Source: Chlorokybus atmophyticus (taxonomy: Eukaryota > Plantae > Mesostigma and Chlorokybus algae). Taken from it: 64,000 nt of DNA. Positions 24,864-37,132 of the stretch are shown in pieces; the first letter of the stretch is position 1; every line of letters begins with the position of its first letter. The position numbers and the translations under genes are program-made. Below the pieces are notes generated by a model. That model was not told where the DNA came from, did no database searches, and worked only from the letters and a program-made list of their open reading frames with translations. The DNA lies in the NCBI GenBank assembly GCA_009103225.1, contig RHPI01002533.1:152841-216840 (forward strand), given 5' to 3'.

Positions 24864-27800
24864 ATGGACGCACCAACACCAGATGCGGACATTCAAGTGC
24901 AAGTGGTCAACACCGACTAGAAGGAGGTGGAGCGCCATGTGCTGCGCGCTCACTACCAGCTCCCTCTTCCAACTCATCACAAAATCAGGGAGAAACGTGT
25001 TGCTTTGCTGGGCTTAACTGATGATCTATAATTCATAATCTAAGCCCTACTTAACTCGCCCATGTTATCTATGTCATGTACTTATCACGTTGGTCTAACC
25101 AGTGCCGCAGCTTTCAAACGTTTCAAGCAACATGCACAGGCTGCCTACGTTGCTAGAGCTACACCGCTTGAAAAAATGTTGTTGCACATGGGCATGCTGG
25201 CGCGGGGAAACTCAGCAGTAAAGTACGTCCCCTTTTACCCGTGTGCTGATATTCAAGATGGACGAGCAGGCTAGTAAACCCATGCACGTCAACGTGAGCG
25301 CAGCTGAATTCAAGCTCTGCGCACCGCTTCATCACAAGGGTACAATAAAAAACCCGAGGGTATGCCACATGCTCGAAATTCTTTCACTCGTGCACGCATG
25401 GAAGTGCGTGAACGTGCTGTTGCATTACGACCACAACGTCCCTTGTCACTCATGCTAATGTTGCTGAAGCACACAGCCTCTGCAGATGTGCCATTAGAAC
25501 CACGCTATCATGCGGCCATCATGGGGGTCTTGAAAAAGGCCAATGCCAAGCACCCACGGACACGCAGCACTATCACAGAAAAATATACCGCATTAAAAGC
25601 TTGCGCATGAGTTTGAAACAGGAAACTACCAGCTGCTGCATGCAGTGCATAGCGCCGTAGCTTCCTTCCTCTATAACTAAACGTTAGGGTTGCCTAGGTT
25701 GGGGTTGAGCAGTGGTTTGAGAATCCCCGACAACTGTCTCAAGGTCGATCGAAAACTACCCTTACTCATCTTAATAGCCTCCTCTCGCGAGAGGAGGCTA
25801 TTAAGATGAGTAAGGGTAGTTTTTAATACGAACGCATGCTTGTGACATGCAAGTTTTTAGAGTCCCGTAGCTGATGTACTGGGGTTACAAACTATCTTAA
25901 GAACTCCGCACGTGCAGAATACCACAGCAGCCAGCATGCGGCGTACCTAAAAAGACCTTATGCTGGTCTGAAGTTATAACCGCACTGTGCGTAACATATG
26001 CCTTTTATATCAAGAGTACATCACATTGCTGTCTACATCATACTCACAAGTAGATATCCACCCTATAGATAGGGTTGCCGTTGAAGACCTCGCGTGAGCC
26101 GATCAGAGCTTAGATATTATACGATAAGGTTCTCAACGATAAGGTACCTAGCGACGAGGAACCTAACTTGATATCTGACTATAATGATCGCATATATGAA
26201 ATGCGACACCAAATAGGCTTGATAGGCGACTTTACACCCATTAGGACTTGCCAAAGCCAAAGTGAATTATCATCAGCTTTTATAAGCGAGGAACCGTAAA
26301 AAAAGGTATAAATAAGCTTTTTATATACTTATTCATACAAGATGTGTCATTTGGGTAGCAATAATACCCCTATTAGTATTGCTCCCGTCACACTATGGGC
26401 AGAGTTTTTATTAACAGGTCATCGTTGGCGACAAGCACGACGGTGCAGCAGTATCGGATGGCCTTGGACAACACCTGTGCTTGTTCAAGCCCTGGACTAG
26501 TGACCCACATGCATGACACTTTGCAGCATATCCTATCATGTGACACATCCATTGCGAAGTCCATCACATCGCAGGGCTTGCTCGATTGCGGTGTTAAGTT
26601 CAGTTCAAATGTTATGGCTCCTGCTACAGCGTGTCTAGCATCTTTGCTAGCAGGTGTGCAGAACTACACAATGGCCCTGGCACAAGCAAAATACCAGCCA
26701 GGACTACTGCAGCATTGGGTACATGAAATTTCAAGCATGCTACAAGACAAGGTGCAGTCGTTGCCAGTTAGTGCTAATGTCCGGCACCACTTGCAACTAT
26801 TATCTGCTGACCATGCCGTCATACGCACTTTGCAAGACCATCTGATCATCACACTGATAAATAAGATAGCAAATGCATTTGCATTCGTGTGCAAGTTCTA
26901 TATTCTAATTGTACTGCATGCTGAATTGGCAACGCCTACTTATAACCGGGTTATCAATCAGACTGCAGCACAGGTGCTGGCTACACAAGATGCCTTCAAC
27001 AGGCAACATGAGTTCACGACCGCATAGAATGGGAACGCCATGCTGCCTCACATCTACATGATGGCAAAGATGCACAAAAACCCTCCCAAATTGCGGTTCA
27101 GCGCCGGCTTTTGATACATCACTTACTGTGTGTGTCCGTGTGGTTGACTCGTGCTACAAGTTCATTACACTAGTCAATAATGATGTTTAGGTGGAAAGCG
27201 TGCAGGACCCCAAAGTGCAACAGTCATTGGTGCTACAATCTTTAAAGGCATTAAGCGTTGGCTGCAATTCTTCAACACAACCCATATGGCGCAGCAAAAA
27301 CAATAACCGGTATACCTTGCTACTTATGACTTCACTACGCTTTACACGTGCAATAAGCATGCCGAGCTGCTGGTGCGGATGCATATCTAATCAGTGCTGT
27401 TTTTCAGTATCAACTCACGACAACTTGTGCTAACACTTTGCATGTTGCTGTCTTGAATGATGAGGTTTCATAAAGGGCTTTGAGCTACACTATTATTGCA
27501 GAGGGCCAGACCAAGATCTTCACAGCAGAGAGGTTGCATGCTTTGTTAACGTACGTGGTACATAATCTGTTTATACGCACCGTGGAGGATAGGATGCACC
27601 AACAGGTGATTGGCATCCCTATTGCAATAGCGCCGGAGTCTACATCACCAACAATGTCCTGACATCACTGGGATCTGATTGGTTACGGTTATTGAAGCCC
27701 TTAATGCCACGCCCTATGTTTGTGCAATATGCTCATGGCATTTTTTGTTTTGTTGATGACTTACTGGTTGCTAGCTTATCGAACTTTGCTAACGTGATGT

Positions 27801-28200
27801 ATCAGACAGATACATCATTAACGGAAGGCTCTTACCCGTTTAAAATGCTGACCCTAGCATGCACCGCTCCGGGAGTACAGTTGCCTTTGCCTTGGACATG
27901 TTAGATCTTTCAAACTGCTGACATTGGTCTTATGACACGCATGTACAGCAAGAGACAAGAACCTGCCTTTGCCCAAGTGCCCCTCATGCGAGCACCACAC
28001 CCGGCATCCAACATTGCAAGGGCAATCAAGCAGAAGGTGGTGATGTTCCAATGCTTTCGGTTTGTGAGACTCTCCACGTACGGAGCCCATTCCTACGGAG
28101 TGCACACGCCTATTGGATGACATGCAGGCTATGGGCTACAACAGGCGCACGTTGCTGTCACGCCTGAGGGCAGCTCTGTGGACCAGGCCAGGGTATGCGT
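24864..28200 (+). mobile_element. Decayed Penelope-like retroelement with N-terminal GIY-YIG endonuclease (Naiad/Chlamys-type domain order)
   Basis: GIY-YIG-like II*AL...YHVGLT...KRFKQH and RQRERS*IQALRT...GYN at 25030-25350 precede a CxC motif and RT motifs: LPHIYMMAKMHKNPPKLRF, QQVIGIP, FVDDLL, YSKR...PHPASNI...FRFVR at 26395-28100. There are many stops and frameshifts. The end coordinate is approximate. Confidence 0.8.
25752..25823. repeat. Perfect 72-bp palindrome without a loop
   Basis: AAAACTACCCTTACTCATCTTAATAGCCTCCTCTCG|CGAGAGGAGGCTATTAAGATGAGTAAGGGTAGTTTT; each half is the exact reverse complement of the other. Confidence 0.98.
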
Positions 28201-28440
28201 TTGACTGCACCTATTAGGTGCCTATAGTACATGCACCTGTTTCAGCTCGTTGTCGGCACCACCGCAAGTCAAGTGATACAGGTAGGGCAAGTAAGTGTAT
28301 GTGCATATACCGGTGGGGAGCACTTCATGCCCGCTGCTATGTTACGTGCAATGACTCCATTGCTATGACCTGTGATAAAACTAACGGGTCTATGGGCCAA
28401 TTGCCCTGCAGCCGTTGTGCGTTGTAAGTTGTCGCGCAAG

Positions 28441-28442
<2 letters not shown>

Positions 28443-28486
<44 letters not shown>
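28443..28486. repeat. (TA)n microsatellite
   Basis: Uninterrupted TA run. Confidence 0.95.
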
Positions 28487-28489
<3 letters not shown>

Positions 28490-31400
28490 AGTGCGTACAA
28501 AACCCTATTGTCCGCGGGGGCTGGTTTGCAAGAAGTCCGCATGGTCATCGTCATAGTCATCGTCTTGGGCCTAACCTCTCCCTCTCCCTTCTCCTCCCTC
28601 TTTGTGCACTTCTGCAGGTACAGCCCTCCTCCCCTTCACAGCCGTCCTTGCTTGCCTGCCTGCTAGTCCTTCCATCACTTGCACTTAGACCAGCCCCGCT
28701 AGCTGTAGTTGTTGTGGTTGTGCGTGGTGTTGGTGGTTAATGTGATGGCTTGTGTGCGGTGTGTATATTTATTTAAGGCCCCTCTACTTTCCTTATGCCA
28801 CACAGCACGAACATGTAGCGGGCACTGCATTGCATGCTCCCCATAGATGCCCTCACTTACGTCACCTCGTTCTACGGGGACACGAGCATTGTGAACAACT
28901 AGTTATAAGCATAATTAAACATGTAACGTGGCTTGTTCCATGATGCTGCCATCAACTTTAATGGTGCCATGTATTGTAGCCCATGACGCTTATGTGTTGC
29001 AGCAACTTCTGTTTTATTATCCACATATCGTGGCCATCTCTCGTAAATAGAGTGGCCACTATGTGGACAAACGCATGATGCAAAAGCATTAAGATACCAT
29101 GACATCATTTATGCACTACGCGCAATATCAATTCAACACTGTTAAATGCAGGGTGGGGAGCTCTTTAAATGGGGATGTCAGCGAATTGTGGCTTCCAAAC
29201 TATACAGTGAATTTTGCCAATGTACAAGAGATGCAACAGGGATTTCCATCATGCAAGTGCATGCACGCCTTCACTCAATGTCATGGCATGCAAGCATTAA
29301 CACAATCACACATACACGACCAACAGGCGCAACCTCATTATATAAATATTAAGTAGTTCATCTGTATATCTACCACCCAATAACCACTCACCACATAGGT
29401 CCGTCACGCATGCATATAGTCTGTTGGGTAATGCACACTCATGCATAGTTGTTACAAAATGAGGGTGTTCTACTAGGTCACATCAGCAAAGGACGCTAAT
29501 GGATGAGAATTTAATATGGATTTATGCTACAACTGTAAGAACCGTCATGCACACACCCACGCATACAACTGGCAGGACGATACGGGCGAACTCAATTTTG
29601 CAACGAATTTGCTATTTACTTGCAGCATGCGTGGGTTTGCATGTATGGCAAAAAAGCAAAGGATTACGAGCCATGATGTACACAAAATGCAGACATTTGT
29701 AGTATAGGTATAATCATCGGTTCAGTGTCTTCCGTTGGCGCGATGGTGCCAACCCAACAGCTTTTTACTAGCGTATGGCAACCGTTGTGTTATGAGCTGC
29801 CTGGCATGATGGCAAACACCTTGTTCCGCAGCGCGTTGTGCGTGGCGACGCACGGTGATTACGACTTTTGTAAGCAAGAACCAATATACTTATAGCACTT
29901 GGTATACGTACACACATTGTGTGTGACCATACGGGAAAATGTATGCCATATAATGTCGTAAATGGCATTGATTGTGATTGTTACAAAATTCGTACATCGC
30001 AAATGTATGTGTTACAATCTCGCACAATTGATTGTGCGAACTGTGTATGTATTCACGATGAGTGTATAGCTTTCTTATGTTAAAATAACACGTATAGTTG
30101 TTTGTTTTCTATCGAGATGACATATCGATGTAATTCACAATGTATGTAGCTTATCTCATATCTCTCAGCTTGCTAATATTAAACTTACACATATACATAC
30201 TAATGTTTGCAATTGTTTTCAATCTTAATGTATTATAGGATGATTCTTAATGACAATTTTAAAGTCATTTATTGAACATGCCTAACAGAGCTTGAAGAGG
30301 TTTAAATAGCCATTTTCATGCCTTTGAAACATACTGATACATACTGACTACTTCATTGGGTATCATATTAACTTTGAAGACTCGGAGGTTTTCGCTTATT
30401 TAGTATTCCCATCACAACATCAACTTACTCATCTATGTATTGATAACTTGCATTGAACGCATGCGGTGAGCAGTTTACAAAGGTGGGAACTTTGATGAAG
30501 TAAAATGCGGGATTGAATGGGTCGCAATTTTCATATTTAAAAAGTCACAGTCAAATGGTTTTAAGTTTTGATTGAGATTGCGTGGCCCACGAAAGCCTTG
30601 CCACTCTTGCCAACCACCTTGCCCAGGCTTGCATCAATTGGGAGCCTTGCTATGCACCTTAAATGTGGCAGCCACTTATGGAACCTCATGCTGCATGAGG
30701 TTCCATCAATTTAATTCCATTAGGTTCCATGCAGTGGCACTGCATTGAAGAGGTGTAGTATGGCACTACTACTCTGGCAAGTGCGAATACGGGCTACGCA
30801 CTTCAACTTGCTTGCCCCATCCGCGATAGATGTCAATTTACCACATGAGCCACTAGCATAGTGCTAGCAGCTGAGTAGGTGTTGCCAAGTCCTCAAGCAT
30901 CGTACTTTCGCACAAGTTGCCCTCTATGACAATAACGAGTAGTGACGTCACACTTTGCGACTTGTGTGATTAGTGTAGCAAACAACAAAGCAAGGTGGCA
31001 GATTTATCCTCGTCGGGAGTATTACTAGGGTTAATAAAGGTTGTCAGAAATGCCATCACAAGAATGTCATCAAGTTCATCATCTTTCACACATTGCCACC
31101 ATACATTTTAATTTCGCGGTGCAGTGTAACGTAGCCTACGTTACACTTGAAGCCAACGGCCCATGTGATCGGCGCCGAGTAGTGAGAGGCTGCCTCTCGA
31201 AGGCCTATCTGCCAATAGCCGCATATCTACCAATAGTGGCGATTTTTTCTTTCGTTGCCTTCGTCTACTAAGTTTGCACCGACGACATCGCTCGTATAAG
31301 CCACACACAGCTAGTAGCGCACTGACTTGCTCATATATGAAAAAAATACGATAGTCGGAGGCCGAGCTTGCGCAGCCCGTGTGACATTAATTTGTGACCG

Positions 31401-32932
31401 ATGTTCCATTTTCTGTCCCGGTTTTACCATGCCATCAAAGCGTTCATGAAGCTAAAATTACGACAACGAGACGTCATTCAATTAAGATCATGCACGTATG
31501 AATGGGGCAAACAAAAACTTGATTTGCAAAGTATCAAACTGGTTATTATCTTGATTGTTAATTAATCAGGAGGTTTGTTTTTTTGATCGCGTTCGGAGCC
31601 AAACTCTTAGGGTCTAGCAGGCCCTCCCTACAATGCAGTGTTGCAGGCGCAATATGCTCGCCTAACGAGCAAATTCCACTCGCAAGACTTTTTCCTCGAA
31701 ATAACTTTGACCAGGCGAGTTATTGATTCCCTCCGCAGTGTCAGCTGAAGAGTCAAGTTTGCTTTTAAGGTCAATGCTGACCCGTAAGCTGCCGACCTTC
31801 TTAAACTTGTTGGTTTTTACCTAGGCTTTAGCGGCATTAGCATTTCTCAGGGTTTAGCGTGGCGTATGGGCCGAGATCCTGCTGTTGCTCAGTAGTGCTC
31901 ATGAGCGTTGCGCGGCTGTAAGATCTACACCTAATGCGGTTGGGTTACTGCTGATTAAGCATACCGGTAGCCTACCAGAGGTAATAACTAACTAATGGAC
32001 TCAAGCAACTTGGCAAGGAGGTTATTATGGCAGCAATATGCTTGTGCCATGTATAGGCGTGTGCACCGCCTTGGTCTGCTGGTATAGAGCGCTTGTGTGA
32101 TCTTGTAGCAATTTCAAGTATTACATGTTGACATTGCAAGTTCAAAGCGCTATATACAGCACACGGCGCTAGCGAGCGTCTGCGGCTCTGTTAGATGCAG
32201 TTTGGTAGCATGCTGCACGGCTAGCGGTCAAAGCACAGTTTTTCTACATGCTCCCTCGCCTGCTTCCGCCAGCTGTAGTTTGCTTTGCTTGTTCGAATTA
32301 CAAGTTAGCTTCGTCCACACCGAGTACTGGCATGCTGCGAACGGCTAGCCCACAGCTATTGCGCTGCAACCAACAGTGGTGCTGCTTTATTCCCGCTTTA
32401 TAGTAGACAACTCTCGTTGCTGACGTGCGACAATCTTAATGCTGCAGTTAAAGCAGTGGCCTCCGCTTGCCGCATTACCGTATGTGACCTTATTGTGCAG
32501 CCATTGGATTCTTAGGATGCTCAATGCTGCTTAACGCTTACATGTTCAGACATCCCCAATCAATTTATTATGCTGGACTAAATGTTGTTGCATAAATTGT
32601 GTTGGTAACATACAGTCTACCCTCAATCTAAGCATCGTTGGTACCACCATTTATGTGCTTACAACGTGGTGTGACACCTTCAATGTCATCATATTGTGAC
32701 TACTGCATGTTTACCTCGTTTTAAGCACATGACTACCGCGTGTGCACCTCGATGTAAGCACAACTGGTGCTTAGATTGAGGGAAATTGCTATATGTTTCA
32801 ACATGAAAGCCTTGAGCTCAACTGGTAGCATCAACAGAGCAATCAATACGTACATGAACTTTGCAAATAATACAACATACAACATCATTGCACACACATA
32901 ACAATCAATCAAACTATGCTTACGCTCATAAC

Positions 32933-33830
32933 TCAATGAAAGAACGAACGAATGTTTGCTTGTTTCTTGCGCCCAAAGTTGACCACCGTCATCTTACCCA
33001 ACCTCATTGATACGCGTTGCGTGCTCAATGCATCATCTGCCAAGAATGTTTCAACATTATCATACTTGAATAGCCCTAGCATGCGCACATGATGTCGTGC
33101 TTCACCAAGTGTCACGACGGGAGGCAACACATTTTCTTCATCTTCATCGCTCAACTTCATGGGCTTAATAGGCTCGGGCGTGACCTCAGCAACCAACTCT
33201 TCCAAGCTCATGGCCTGTTCGATTTCCTCTTCTCCTGGCATCTTGATGTACTCTTCAACGGTGAGCTCGCGTGCGCCAAGGTTGAGGTTGCCGATGAGAC
33301 CGCTCAGCTCAGCCACATCCGACACCGATAGTATAGGTGCATGTGCAGTGTGGTCGTCAATGTTGCAGTAGTCTGCCAACCATAATACAGGCAAAATCCT
33401 TGCGTGCCGCCAGCAATTGGCAATGGTTTGCGGCCCAATGTTGTTCAAGCATCCACAACCCACGCAAGGACATGGCGCATGCTTGGCATCAGCTTGGAGA
33501 TCCACACTATCGTATTCACTTGCTGCCACACCAACAACCGCTTCTTATACTGTAGCTTGAAGGCAGCAATAATGCCTTGCATAAGCGGTTAATCTTGGAA
33601 GTTGTGTTGGGAGGAAGGTACACAATGGTAATATTTGAGAGCTTCGCGACGTCCATGCCGTGCAGCTGCTCGCGCTTGATGTCGGGAAGGTTGTAACTGC
33701 TTGCGTTGTCCATGAGCAGCACAATACGCTTGTCGGCAGCCCCATCTGCAAATTGAACTGGTTGATTTACGCTTTGAAGACAAGCGCAGCCACTACTACC
33801 ATGTGCGCATGCATTACAAACAGCACCTCT
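32933..33830 (-). pseudogene. pogo/Tigger-family DDE transposase remnant (3' half)
   Basis: KRIVLLMDNASS, NITIVYLPPNTTSKI, QGIIAAFK, TIANCW and C-terminal KKQANIRSFF. The sequence is frameshifted and has stops. Confidence 0.85.
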
Positions 33831-34255
33831 CAAAAATGGGCTGCTGCATGCACTTCCTTGTGAGTGTAGCAGCACAAGAACGCTGCAAGCAAAACAAGTA
33901 TGAACCTGGACCAAGGCGTCAGCTGAAAGCTTATTGATTATCCCTGAGTTTACCCATGCGGCGCCAGCGCCGCCGCCCGCGAACAACCTGCGCCTGCGCC
34001 TGCTGCGATATTGCTAACATAAATTGCAAGTTGTGGATATCTCATGTACCTTTGATATCCTAGTAACACCCAATGCATGTTAAACTTTGTACCCTCGCTG
34101 TAAGCACAAATGGCACCTTTCAAAGGTGCTTAGATCGAGTGTAATAGTGCTTAAACAGGGGAGTACTTTGGCTGGTGCACGTTGGTGCCAATAGAATATG
34201 TGCTTAAATTGAGGTTGTGCTAAGAACACATGTGGTTATAGCGAGGTTGGACTGT

Positions 34256-34286
<31 letters not shown>

Positions 34287-35631
34287 GTAAAATAAAATAT
34301 TCGCTTTTGCACTTGCCTCTCGCATGCACCAATTTTAAAGATGCATTGATTGTGTACTTAATACATGAGCATACCTTTTTCGGTAAAACTCATAACAGTT
34401 TTGCCTAAATATATAAATAATATATAAATAATATTTATGTACATACAAATATATATAATGTTCTTATTATTTGTGCACGGAAATATGCAATGTTAAGACA
34501 TGTCGATGCACATTATATAATGGTTATACACAATAAATATAACATCATCATCAACCTTTACGTTAAATTTCATGATTGTAATGAGTATCTGAAAATCCAT
34601 GTTGCGCCAAATGCACACGGTGCCCATGGCTGTGCTCATGTTATATGTTATTGTGTGCTATGTATTGGAGTAAAATAGGGATGTCCGTTGTACGTTTTTA
34701 ATCTGTTACGAATGGATCCGATGGTGCAACATCTGCACCGGAGCCCATCAGACGATGCAACATCTGCACCCGAGCCCATCAGAGACCGCAGCTGCAGTCC
34801 ACTGTTATTGCGAATAAAAGTGGATACCATAGGGTTGAATGCCCTAATTTCGGCAAAATAAGGCAGCAAGTCTGATAACTCACGGGGGGGTCATTATTTG
34901 GCGGACATGTGAGAGGCAAAGTTAAAGCTCACTTAGTTACCTACACGTATGTATTTTTTATTTGTTTCTCTGACAAGCAACGCGGCAGCGATGCCAAGCA
35001 TGGCAGTGTAGAGGCTGGCGGCCAAAATGGCACCTGACCTAATTTCGGCGCCAGCCTTCCCTCACTACAGTGAGGGTAAGCACTGGCCTTTGCGTGTGGG
35101 TGGCGGGGGATCTGTGGCAGCTGTGCTGGCACTGGATTAGAGAGCTTTTGCTCCGCCTCAAGCAGGTTGTGCTTGTGCATGTGCGTGGTGTTGTGGTTGT
35201 GGGCGGCAAGGCAACCCTCACAGCACGGTGGAAAGCTGAGTGTTCTAAGTGAAACCAGCCTACCAACCTGAGTGCTTGTCCATGTGCGTGTTGTTGTTGT
35301 TGTGGGCGAAAAGGCATGGCGGCACGGCGGCAAGGCAACCATCTCAACAGGGCTAGCAAGGTAAGGTGACCAGGGGGTTGCATGTAAAGATGCTGTTTGT
35401 CTTATGTACAAGAGTTACAAGGTTCTGCGCTATGCTATTGCTTTAGGCCTAGGTAAAAATGAAACCTACTGTTTATGTTGACCAGCACGCTTTGCTCACG
35501 AGCGTGAGCCTGCATCTTTGCAATCTTCTCTTGGCCTTGAGTACATGGGGTTGATGATGAACTCGGACCACTCAAGGAAAGGCTCATGGTGCTCGCTGAC
35601 CCACAGCATAGGGTCCCAGTCCCACTGGTTG

Positions 35632-36525
35632 TGTATTGATACCACTACTTACTTGCTGGTCGGGGCTTGGCAAACTGCACAAGCACTAAGGACAGCGGAA
35701 GTCCCACCAGCACCACGGTGCACGGGAAGTTGCAGAAGCGCACCAAAGAAGGAGAGGATGACTACCAACCTCTCACACAGCTCCAGCCCCAGGCACACCC
35801 ACGCCCAACACACCCACATGCACACACACAACACCACACCCCACAAGGGATGAGGGGGAGAGCCCCCCCTTCAACAGCTACAACCAGGCACCCCACACAC
35901 AAGTGGCCCTCAAGTGGTAAACACACTGTGATCCCTACTCAAGGTTGCTATTAAGCCTTTATACCACATGCTGCTCTCCCGACCTGGCACACAGGATGTC
36001 CAAGGCCCCCTACGCCTTGTCACTGTGTGCTGACCTATCAGCACAAGCTGACCTTGTCCAACACAGGACAACAACCTCGGGACTATTAAACTCCCTCGGT
36101 TTCCCATACGAGGAACAATCCTACCTCGGAACCACAAACATAGGCTCTCCTAGTACAGTAGTACTTGCGGATTGCCCACAGGCATCACATTAGCCTTGCG
36201 ACTGTCATCATAGTGGCAAATCGCACTACCACATTATGATCACGTGGTTTGCCAACTTGGCTTTTTTTTTTAAAGCTGTCACATCCTGAGGCAACTTGTA
36301 GATTTGAGCCAAAGGCCTCAGACACTGACCAGCTCTGAGTTAGCCCTCATCAATGCCTCGTGTAGTTTATCACACTCAAGGCCATATAGGCTCAAGCGTA
36401 CACCTACAAAAGAGCGCACCCCACAAGCACTACACATGCTTATGAAATGGAAAACCCACTTAGTCTCTTCTTGCTGCATAAGTAAGGGACAGAGAATGAC
36501 TTTTGCCAGCCTTATAGGCGTGACA
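35632..36525 (-). repeat. 3' LTR (894 bp)
   Basis: Direct repeat of 41615-42509 with scattered substitutions and indels. A polypurine tract GGGGAGGAA lies on the minus strand at 36526-36534. Confidence 0.95.
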
Positions 36526-36905
36526 TTCCTCCCCGCTGGCATTGCAACGACCTCGTTGCAAAAGGATTGAACATAAGTCCCGCACAGCTTCTGGCAAAGT
36601 TGGCCAAACCCGCCGATAGCCGCACTCCATGCGTGAAAGTAGTGCAAGTCACGGGAGTGACAGAACAAACTCGGATACTAAGTATCAGTGTCGACGGTGT
36701 TGGTATGTCACATGAAGAGGTTGCAAACGTGCATCCACTTTTTTGCAATTAAGCATAAGCACAAGTGGCGCTTGTGGAGTTCATTCTCGAACTCGTCTAG
36801 CTTAGTAGCACAGTTTGCCAAGTTAAAATTGGGCTCCCAGGCGTTATGTTCTTGACTATAACCAAGCCAGTTTACCAAGTATTGGATTCGAAAGTATTTC
36901 TTATA

Positions 36906-37132
36906 CTTTCGGAATCGTTTGGCGCTGCCGCGACCTACCCCGCCGCGTGACAGGTCGCGCGCGCGGCACGTCACCGAAGGCCGTTTGCTGCGCTATCTGC
37001 GGTCAATTACGAAAATGACCTATTTTAGCTCAATACCGCACAGTTTCACGTATTTTCAACGTATTATTAACAACTGCTTGCTGTATGCGTACCATTACGT
37101 ATTATTTTGCCAAAAGTCGCGTACTTTGTTAC
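36906..37132. mobile_element. 227-bp insertion, TA-flanked, splitting the gypsy chromodomain
   Basis: TA at 36904-36905 and 37133-37134. Removal gives in-frame EAIIA-YKKYFRIQYLVNW. No TIR was seen. Confidence 0.6.

Noticed and set aside
24800-29500. Hammerhead ribozyme or pseudo-LTR expected for a Penelope-like element
   Set aside because: No convincing CTGANGA...GAAA core with stems was found by eye.
29000-32700. AT-rich non-coding stretch as a possible organellar or foreign insert
   Set aside because: No recognisable organellar genes, RNA genes, ORFs or termini. It is probably old TE debris and cannot be supported as a feature.
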